Made by a program: the position numbers and the translations under genes
From: Coleofasciculus sp. B1-GNL1-01
Lineage (GTDB): Bacteria; Cyanobacteriota; Cyanobacteriia; Cyanobacteriales; Coleofasciculaceae
Strand: one strand, 5' to 3'
NCBI GenBank assembly: GCA_040220235.1
Contig: JAVJTO010000129.1
Length of the DNA stretch: 12,422 bases
Notes under the pieces: model-generated
The model's input: only the letters and a program-made list of their open reading frames with translations
The model's database searches: none
Told to the model about the DNA's origin: nothing
Part shown: positions 1 to 6,077 of the stretch, in pieces
How positions within the stretch are numbered: position 1 is the stretch's first letter
Layout of the letters: each line of letters starts with the position of its first letter

Positions 1-1
1 T

Positions 2-421
2 CACGGTGCAACGGTAGAAAACACCTTGTTTGAAGACGGTGAAGGGTCAAACACCTTCCGGGCGTTTAACCCCACCCAAGCCGAAGAAACCTATTCGATG
101 GTGACGGCGAACCGCTTTTGGTCTCAGATTTTCGGGATTGCGTTTTCCAATAAGCGCTGGCTGCACTTCTTCATGCTGTTTGTCCCAGTGACGGGCTTGT
201 GGATGAGTTCAGTGGGTGTGATTGGCTTAGCGGTGAACCTGCGGGCGTATGACTTCGTGTCCCAGGAAATCCGGGCAGCAGAAGACCCCGAATTTGAGAC
301 ATTCTACACCAAGAACATTCTGCTCAACGAAGGAGTCCGAGCTTGGCTGGCGCCTCAAGACCAACCCCACCAGAAGTTTGAATTCCCTGAGGAAGTTCTA
401 CCTCGCGGTAACGCACTCTAA
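2..421 (+). CDS. psbD: Photosystem II D2 protein, 3' part (5'-truncated by window edge); stand-alone psbD2-type copy
   Basis: Frame is open from nt 2 ([13 protein letters not shown]...) and reads [21 protein letters not shown]...[12 protein letters not shown], the D2 C-terminus. It is followed by a terminator, not by an overlapping psbC. Confidence 0.99.
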   Translation, partial: HGATVENTLFEDGEGSNTFRAFNPTQAEETYSMVTANRFWSQIFGIAFSNKRWLHFFMLFVPVTGLWMSSVGVIGLAVNLRAYDFVSQEIRAAEDPEFETFYTKNILLNEGVRAWLAPQDQPHQKFEFPEEVLPRGNAL

Positions 422-449
422 TAAGTTGGGTTTAGTCATCAACTTTGCT

Positions 450-476
450 CCCCTGCCTTCGGGTAGGGGTTTTTTT
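450..476 (+). terminator. Intrinsic terminator of psbD
   Basis: Stem CCCCTGCC/GGTAGGGG (one G-U) closing a C(UUCG)G tetraloop, followed by T7. Confidence 0.9.
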
Positions 477-588
477 CTGTTCATCGTTGATGGTTGACAA
501 CTCAAAACTTGAATGGGGCGGGTTTAAATAGTCGGTCAAGAGAAAACGACACGCTCACGCTTGTTTTATAACCCAGACTCAAACCTAT

Positions 589-645
589 ACAAAGGACGTA
601 GCTTGCTTTTCGCTTGCGCGAGAATGACAAATGACGAATGACGAA
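589..645 (+). repeat. Small dispersed repeat (GACGTAGCTTGCTT-N9-GCGAG) embedded in an AATGAC(A/G) heptamer run, copy 1
   Basis: Shares ACAAAGGAC, GACGTAGCTTGCTT, GCGAG and the ATGAC heptamers with 4179-4266. The heptamer is the reverse complement of the STRR2-type TT(G/T)GTCA. Confidence 0.75.
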
Positions 646-664
646 AAACTTTCCTGGCTTCCCC

Positions 665-692
665 TTGCCAAATCTAAATGGTGTGTTATTCT
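665..692 (+). promoter_or_regulatory. Putative sigma70-type promoter for the 699-999 locus
   Basis: TTGCCA (665-670), 16-nt spacer, extended -10 TG-n-TATTCT (684-692). TSS predicted at about 698-700. Confidence 0.6.
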
Positions 693-763
693 AATTAAAG
701 GTGAATAAACACCAGATAACTAACGGATTAAAAAACCGTACAGGGATTAAGGAGGTGATGCCC

Positions 764-835
764 ATGAGCGATAGTAGTAAAAGCATGGGTCATCTGATTG
801 GAGTTAGCCGGCTGTGTGCCGGGGCTGTTCTCTAA
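764..835 (+). CDS. Putative 23-aa small peptide MSDSSKSMGHLIGVSRLCAGAVL
   Basis: ATG 764 lies 8 nt after the GGAGG core of AAGGAGGTGAT (749-759); TAA at 833-835. Too short for the ORF track. Translation is not proven. Confidence 0.5.
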   Translation: MSDSSKSMGHLIGVSRLCAGAVL

Positions 836-935
836 CAGTTGGCTCAGTTCTCTTCGGAGAACTCATAGATTGAGAAACTGGGCTGGTTAAGGAGTTCCTT
901 CCGGCAGTCTGGTTTCAATCAGAAGACCCGCTAGA

Positions 936-999
936 CCGCTCTCACTATAAGTACTAAAGATTTTATCTAGGTACTTCCCGTGAGAGCGGATAGTTTTTT
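936..999 (+). terminator. Long terminator-like hairpin upstream of the dehydratase gene
   Basis: CCGCTCTCAC/GTGAGAGCGG (10 bp perfect) + AAGTAC/GTACTT + AGAT/ATCT, then ATAG-T6. Confidence 0.7.
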
Positions 1000-1038
1000 G
1001 GGGATTTTTTTAATAAAGTTGAAGGTGGGAGAAAAAAT

Positions 1039-1323
1039 ATGGCTGAGTTACTCAGTGACGCAGAAATTCAAGAAAAAGTCAAGTCATTAGAAGGCTGGAC
1101 GGTTGAAGGGAAAGAGTTACACACAACTCGCCAATTCAAAGATTTTGTCGAAGCGATCGCCTTTGTCAATAAGATTGTTGAACCAGCAGAAGCGGCTGGA
1201 CATCATCCTGATTTAGGGATTTCGTATAACAAGGTGACGATTAGTCTCACCACCCATGATGCTGGGGGTTTGACAGCGAATGACTTTGAGATGGCTCAAA
1301 CGCTGTCCAAGTTAAGCGCATAG
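1039..1323 (+). CDS. phhB: Pterin-4-alpha-carbinolamine dehydratase (PCD)
   Basis: 94 aa; catalytic motif EAAGHHPD, plus YNKV and LTTHDAGGLTANDF; GGGAG SD upstream. Confidence 0.95.
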   Translation: MAELLSDAEIQEKVKSLEGWTVEGKELHTTRQFKDFVEAIAFVNKIVEPAEAAGHHPDLGISYNKVTISLTTHDAGGLTANDFEMAQTLSKLSA

Positions 1324-1380
1324 CTGTAAAACGCGGATATGGCAAGGGCTTAAGTACCAGTTTTAAAACATTGACATCTA

Positions 1381-1410
1381 GGACTGCTTGTGTAATACAA
1401 GCAGCCATTT
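1381..1410 (+). terminator. Inverted repeat: possible phhB terminator or a protein-binding site in the porin promoter
   Basis: CTGCTTGT (1384-1391)/ACAAGCAG (1397-1404) with a short ATTTT tail; TTGACA at 1371-1376 is directly upstream. Confidence 0.4.
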
Positions 1411-1564
1411 TAGATATATAATTGGCAATATTAGCCAAAAGCTTACTTGACTGGCAGATGAACAAGGGTTCCAAAATGAATCTGAAAATTAAGCGAAAAA
1501 ATACCATCTGCCAATAGACGATGTACCATAGTGCGAGAAGGGCAATCAAATTCTTTCTGTAAAG

Positions 1565-1573
1565 GTGTGAGGA
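1565..1573 (+). promoter_or_regulatory. Ribosome-binding region complementary to the Yfr1 sRNA seed
   Basis: GTGTGAGGA, 6 nt before the porin ATG, is complementary to 9 nt of the conserved Yfr1 motif ACUCCUCACAC. Confidence 0.65.
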
Positions 1574-1579
1574 CAGAAG

Positions 1580-3553
1580 ATGTCGAAATTACTGTGGAAG
1601 TCTCTACTTATTAGCCCAGCGGTATTAGGTGTAACCTTAGTTGCATCTACGGTGGGAGTACGTGCAGCCGATAGCGCCAATCTGCCTATCGCTGACACTC
1701 AAACAGCAACGCCAGAAGTTCAGTTCGATGGTGTTGCTGATATTACGGTTTCAGAGGAAATTGCGGTTAATCCGGAACAGTTAACTCCAGCCAGTCTAGA
1801 GGTGAAGCCAGAGGTACAACCGACCTTGGCTCAAACTGTACCTGCTGCGCCCAATGACGCTGAGATTTTAAATCAAATCAATGACTACAGCAACGAAGGA
1901 ACCTCTAGTGGACAAGTGACCAGTGTGGGTCAGTTACGCGATGTTTCTCCAGGAGACTGGGCGTATGAAGCGCTACGTAGCCTAGTCGAACGTTACGGCT
2001 GTATCGCTGGGTATCCGGATGGTACATATCGTGGCAATCGGGCGCTAACTCGTTACGAATTTGCTGCTGGTTTGAATGCTTGTTTGAATCAAATTGAGCG
2101 TTTAATCGGAACAGGCGGTTTTGATGAAACTGAGTTAGAAACCCTGCGGCGGTTGATTCAGGAATTTGAAGCGGAACTGGCGACGCTAGGGGCGCGAGTT
2201 GATAACCTAGAAGGTCGTGTGGCGTTCCTGGAAGATAATCAGTTCTCCACGACGACCAAGTTACGGGGTGAAGTCATCTTTGCGCTCACCGATACCTTCG
2301 GCGGCGAGGACAACTCTTTTGATATAGATGGTGTAGATTTGGCTGATCCCGAAGTTCAAGAATTTTTTGAAGAAATCTTGGGAACAGATGTAGAGTTTGA
2401 CGATGATACAAACACCATCTTTGGTCACAGGGTTCGTCTAGAACTCAATACTAGCTTCACTGGTCAAGATCGTTTAGTAACTCGTCTGGCGGCTGGCAAC
2501 CTGAATGCTTTTACGCCTAACAGTCCTAGTTTCAGTCTAGTCGATGAAGACCTTGATCTAGATGTGCCATTGGGTACATTGGGTACGGGCGAAGCCTTCC
2601 AAACGTTCAATATTGGAAACACTGATAACGATGTCATCATAGACTGGTTAGCTTATTACTTCCCCTTTGGCAGCTCAAAAGTTTATGTTGCTGCAACTGG
2701 AGGAATTCACAGCGACTACGCCCCTACACTCAATCCCTACTTTGAGGATTTTGACGGTGGTAATGGTGCCCTTTCTAGCTTTGCCTCGGAAAATCCCATT
2801 TATCGGATTGGTGGTGGTGCAGGCGCAGCACTTAGCCTTGGTGTCGGTCCTCTAGAAAGGGTTCTGGGTCCAAGTACATTGACTCTAGGTTACTTAGCTG
2901 GTCCAGGAGCAGAGAATCCAGGTGAGGATTTTGGCATATTCAACGGCGAATACGCAGCCCTCGCCCAGTTGAATTTCAATATTGGTGACCGAATTGGTAT
3001 CGGTGCTACCTACGTCCACGGTTACCACAATGCTGGCAGTGACATATTTGATATCGGTGGAGGGGATGGAGGTTCTGTTGTGGGAACCTATTTAGCCAAT
3101 AATCCCAGTGAAGTGGCTACCCTCCTTAATGCTGACCTGCCAGTGACTCCAACAGTAACTAATTCTTACGGCATCGAAGCGGCGTTCCGCCTGACGGAAA
3201 AAATATCCATTAGCGGCTATGGCACTTACACAGATGCAATCCTGATTGGTCAGGGTGGAGCTGAAATCTGGACTTACGGAGCTGGCGTAGCTTTCTCAGA
3301 CTTAGGTAAGGAAGGTAACATTTTGGGAATATTTGGAGGAGCACAACCTTATCTAGGAAATACTAATACTCCAGGTGAAGATTTCCAAATTGACGGTACT
3401 GATGATGTTCCGTGGCATATAGAGGCATTCTACAAGTATCAGCTCACGGATAATATCTCCGTTACTCCGGGTGTGATCTGGCTACTGAATCCTAACCAGG
3501 CTGATGCAGATGATGCTGTAGTCGGTACACTCAGAACTACTTTCACGTTCTAA
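1580..3553 (+). CDS. Cyanobacterial outer-membrane porin (SLH domain + OprB-type beta-barrel; Som/'iron uptake porin' family)
   Basis: Signal peptide; SLH motif DVSPGDWAYEALRSLVERYGCIAGYPDGTYRGNRALTRYEFAAGLNACL; coiled coil; FSTTTKLRGEV; C-terminal GTLRTTFTF. Confidence 0.96.
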   Translation: MSKLLWKSLLISPAVLGVTLVASTVGVRAADSANLPIADTQTATPEVQFDGVADITVSEEIAVNPEQLTPASLEVKPEVQPTLAQTVPAAPNDAEILNQINDYSNEGTSSGQVTSVGQLRDVSPGDWAYEALRSLVERYGCIAGYPDGTYRGNRALTRYEFAAGLNACLNQIERLIGTGGFDETELETLRRLIQEFEAELATLGARVDNLEGRVAFLEDNQFSTTTKLRGEVIFALTDTFGGEDNSFDIDGVDLADPEVQEFFEEILGTDVEFDDDTNTIFGHRVRLELNTSFTGQDRLVTRLAAGNLNAFTPNSPSFSLVDEDLDLDVPLGTLGTGEAFQTFNIGNTDNDVIIDWLAYYFPFGSSKVYVAATGGIHSDYAPTLNPYFEDFDGGNGALSSFASENPIYRIGGGAGAALSLGVGPLERVLGPSTLTLGYLAGPGAENPGEDFGIFNGEYAALAQLNFNIGDRIGIGATYVHGYHNAGSDIFDIGGGDGGSVVGTYLANNPSEVATLLNADLPVTPTVTNSYGIEAAFRLTEKISISGYGTYTDAILIGQGGAEIWTYGAGVAFSDLGKEGNILGIFGGAQPYLGNTNTPGEDFQIDGTDDVPWHIEAFYKYQLTDNISVTPGVIWLLNPNQADADDAVVGTLRTTFTF

Positions 3554-3602
3554 CTCAATTCCGCCAAGGGCAGAATTAGGCTGAAAATTCATTAATTTTA
3601 TG

Positions 3603-3627
3603 ACCCCGCCATTGAGCGGGGTTTTTT
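3603..3627 (+). terminator. Intrinsic terminator of the porin gene
   Basis: ACCCCGC-cattga-GCGGGGT followed by a T run. Confidence 0.9.
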
Positions 3628-3650
3628 CAGCTTGTCTAAGCTAAACCAAC

Positions 3651-3678
3651 AAACCCCACCGGAAAACCGGGGTATACT
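3651..3678 (+). promoter_or_regulatory. Candidate Rrf2 operator overlapping a -10 box
   Basis: 25-bp imperfect palindrome AAACCCC-N11-GGGGTAT (3651-3675) overlapping TATACT (3673-3678), 35 nt before the rrf2 start. Confidence 0.55.
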
Positions 3679-3710
3679 GGGAATGATTGACCTGACATGA
3701 ATCAATTTCT

Positions 3711-4148
3711 GTGGAACTCTCCTGTAAGACTGAATACACCCTACTTGCTCTCTTAGAACTCACGGGTCATTACAATCAGGGAGAACCCTTACAAATCCGA
3801 CAGATTGCCGCGCAACAAAATATTCCCGATCGCTATTTAGAGCAACTTCTGGCAAACCTGAGACGCGGTAATTTAGTCCGTAGCCAACGGGGGTCTAAAG
3901 GCGGCTACCTCCTAGCCCGGGAACCCTGGACAATTACCCTATTGGATGTTATTAACTGCCTAGATGGTTCAACCGCACCCGTCTCTGGAAACCAAAAAAC
4001 TGTAACAACCCAAGAAAGTGCGATCGTCCAAGAAACCTGGCAAGAAGTCCGCGATCGCACCAATGAAATTTTGCAAGACTATACACTGCAAGATTTATGG
4101 GAGAAACTGAATAACAGACGACAGTTGAACATTATGTATTACATCTAA
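3711..4148 (+). CDS. Rrf2-family transcriptional regulator, CymR-like
   Basis: GTG start; wHTH motifs IAAQQNIPDRYLEQLL and SQRGSKGGYLLAR; lacks the three-Cys Fe-S ligand set of IscR/NsrR; ends in MYYI. Confidence 0.93.
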   Translation: MELSCKTEYTLLALLELTGHYNQGEPLQIRQIAAQQNIPDRYLEQLLANLRRGNLVRSQRGSKGGYLLAREPWTITLLDVINCLDGSTAPVSGNQKTVTTQESAIVQETWQEVRDRTNEILQDYTLQDLWEKLNNRRQLNIMYYI

Positions 4149-4178
4149 TATTATGACGTCCCTGTTCCCCGTTACCTA

Positions 4179-4266
4179 ACAAAGGACATAAGACGTAGCT
4201 TGCTTCTTTTTGGGAGCGAGTATGACATAAGACGAATGACGAATGACGAATGACAAATGACGAATG
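4179..4266 (+). repeat. Small dispersed repeat + AATGAC(G/A) heptamer run, copy 2, overlapping the J-protein start
   Basis: GACGTAGCTTGCTT-N10-GCGAG (4192-4220), then tandem AATGACG/AATGACA units to about 4266. Confidence 0.8.
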
Positions 4267-4958
4267 CCAATCATTACCACACATTAGATATCCACCCGCA
4301 AGCAACAGCCCAAGAAATCAAGCAAGCCTACCGACGTTTAGCTAAACGCTTTCATCCCGATAGCCAAACTGAAACAGCTAACTCGGAAAAAATTATCGAG
4401 ATTAATGGGGCGTATGAAGTTCTCAGCGATCCTCAGCGACGCCATTCTTACGATCAACAGCTTTTCTATCCCCAGTTTTCATCCAAACGCCGCACTCGCC
4501 AACAGCGCAACGAAGCCGCGCAACAACAGTATCAACGTCAACGGGCGCGATCGTACAATACTGACACTCACTTAGATATCTGGTTGCAGCAAGTCTATAA
4601 ACCAGTGAACCGATTGATTATTCCCATTCTCAAATCCCTGAATACTCAAATCAATCAACTCGCTGCTGATCCTTTTGACGACGAACTCATGGAAGACTTT
4701 CAGACGTATCTAGAAAACTGTCGTCATCAGCTCAATCAGGCTCAAATTACCTTTCGTTCCCAACCCAATCCCGCCCCTGTTGCTGGTGTGGCGGCGAACT
4801 TGTATTACTGTCTCAATCAGTTGGGAGATGGTATTGATGAGCTAGAACGGTTTACCTTCAATTACGACGAACATTACCTGCATACCGGTCAAGAACTCTT
4901 CAGAATCGCCACCAGCTTACGCCACGACGCTCAAGATGCCATTAAGCATCTAATATAA
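4257..4958 (+). CDS. J-domain (type III DnaJ-like) co-chaperone
   Basis: N-terminal HYHTLDI...EIKQAYRRLAKRFHPD...INGAYEVLSDPQRRHSYD; no G/F region or zinc finger; helical C-terminal domain. Confidence 0.92.
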   Translation: MTNANHYHTLDIHPQATAQEIKQAYRRLAKRFHPDSQTETANSEKIIEINGAYEVLSDPQRRHSYDQQLFYPQFSSKRRTRQQRNEAAQQQYQRQRARSYNTDTHLDIWLQQVYKPVNRLIIPILKSLNTQINQLAADPFDDELMEDFQTYLENCRHQLNQAQITFRSQPNPAPVAGVAANLYYCLNQLGDGIDELERFTFNYDEHYLHTGQELFRIATSLRHDAQDAIKHLI

Positions 4959-4971
4959 AAATTATTAATTC

Positions 4972-5050
4972 CCTGTTGCCTGTTGCCTGTTGCCTGTTGC
5001 CTGTTGCCTGTTGCCTGTTCCCTGTTCCTTGAGCAATGACCAATGACCAA
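4972..5050 (+). repeat. Heptamer tandem repeats: (CCTGTTG)6(CCTGTTC)2, then (CAATGAC)2
   Basis: 8 units at 4972-5027; second heptamer type at 5034-5050. Confidence 0.95.
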
Positions 5051-5078
5051 TATTCGTTTATCCTAGAAATAAGGTTAA

Positions 5079-5096
5079 TTTACAGAATTTTACAGA
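5079..5096 (+). promoter_or_regulatory. HLR1-like direct repeat (candidate RpaB site)
   Basis: TTTACAGA-AT-TTTACAGA with a 10-bp period; one mismatch per half to (G/T)TTACA(T/A)(T/A); downstream of a possible -10 TATCCT (5059-5064). Confidence 0.45.
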
Positions 5097-5114
5097 TTCT
5101 TGCTAAAAAAACGC

Positions 5115-5987
5115 ATGAAATGCATCATTAACCGCCGCGCTCAGTTTTCTGCCAGTCACCGCTATTGGTTACCGGAACTGAGTGAAGCTCAAAACCAGCA
5201 GAAATTCGGTCGAGGTGCCCAGTTTCCCGGTCATGGACATAATTATGTCCTATTTGTTTCCCTTGAAGGTGACCTAGACGAATACGGTATGGTGCAAAAC
5301 CTATCGCAGGTCAAAAAAGTGATCAAGCAAGAGGTCACCAGCCAATTGGACTATGCCTATCTGAATCATACTTGGCTAGACTTCCAGGAAACCCTACCCA
5401 CAACCGAAAACATTGCGCGTGTTATCTGGCAAAAGCTAGCACCTTATTTGCCGCTTGTCAAGATACAGCTATTTGAACATCCAGAACTTTGGGCTGATTA
5501 TTTAGGAAACGGAATGGAAGCATATCTCACCGTATCGACCCACTTTAGCGCCGCTCATCGGCTGGCTCATCCCCAACTCAGTTATGACCAAAACTGTGAA
5601 ATCTACGGCAAATGCGCTCGCCCGAATGGTCATGGACACAATTATCATTTAGAGGTAACCGTAAAAGGGGAAATTGACCCACGTACTGGGATGATTGTCG
5701 ATTTGGGAGCCTTGCAAAAGGTAATCGATGATTATGTCGTCGAACCCTTTGACCATACCTTCCTGAACAAAGACATCCCTTACTTTGACCAGGTTGTGCC
5801 GACGGCAGAAAATATTGCCATCTATATTCGGCAATTGCTCCAGTCACCGATCCAAAAATTAGGAGCGAAACTGCATAAAGTTAAACTCATTGAAAGTCCC
5901 AATAACTCCTGTGAAGTCTATTGTACAGGTGAAACATCATCGGTAGAACCGGACGCGATCGCATCTCCTGTTCTAACATTTGTTTAG
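5115..5987 (+). CDS. Dual-domain 6-pyruvoyl-tetrahydropterin synthase (PTPS/QueD fold, PTPS-II-type motif)
   Basis: Two tandem T-fold domains, each with FSAxH, GHGHNY and PTxENIA. Domain 2 has C-X5-HGH. ATG 5115 is preferred to the TTG at 5100. Confidence 0.92.
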   Translation: MKCIINRRAQFSASHRYWLPELSEAQNQQKFGRGAQFPGHGHNYVLFVSLEGDLDEYGMVQNLSQVKKVIKQEVTSQLDYAYLNHTWLDFQETLPTTENIARVIWQKLAPYLPLVKIQLFEHPELWADYLGNGMEAYLTVSTHFSAAHRLAHPQLSYDQNCEIYGKCARPNGHGHNYHLEVTVKGEIDPRTGMIVDLGALQKVIDDYVVEPFDHTFLNKDIPYFDQVVPTAENIAIYIRQLLQSPIQKLGAKLHKVKLIESPNNSCEVYCTGETSSVEPDAIASPVLTFV

Positions 5988-6077
5988 GGGAGAGTACCCC
6001 ATCTACTCTATGATAATGTTGGTCTAGTAGTCAGCGCTCAAACCCCTGTCCCTGCCTTCCATAGTCGTTAAGAGTAT

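Larger units (their letters stand above)
699..999 (+). ncRNA. Putative ~300-nt highly structured RNA (sRNA, dual-function RNA or leader)
   Basis: Bounded by a promoter and a terminator. Consecutive hairpins at 753-795, 806-826, 846-863 (cUUCGg), 868-920 and 936-989, with G-U pairs that work on the + strand. Confidence 0.65.

Noticed and set aside
249..497. 82-aa alternative-frame ORF
   Set aside because: Overlaps psbD out of frame and runs through its terminator.
749..762. AAGGAGGTGAT as a fragment of a minus-strand 16S rRNA gene
   Set aside because: Similarity stops after 11 nt and the flanks are not rRNA-like; it is better explained as an SD.
1247..1549. 100-aa hydrophobic minus-strand ORF
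   Set aside because: Antisense to the phhB 3' end and the AT-rich porin promoter; no recognisable motif; the hydrophobicity is explained by base composition.
2667..2855. 62-aa ORF inside the porin gene
   Set aside because: Out-of-frame shadow with a TTG start and no RBS.
1580..3553. Absence of HIP1 in the porin gene as a sign of horizontal transfer
   Set aside because: At about 8 sites per 12 kb a 2-kb gap is unremarkable, and the gene is a typical cyanobacterial porin.
5578..5847. Two minus-strand ORFs (89 and 61 aa)
   Set aside because: Antisense shadows of PTPS domain 2.
5115..5987. Gene symbol queD / queuosine cluster with tsaE
   Set aside because: The motif spacing is C-X5-HGH (PTPS-II type), no other que genes are present, and tsaE belongs to the unrelated t6A pathway.
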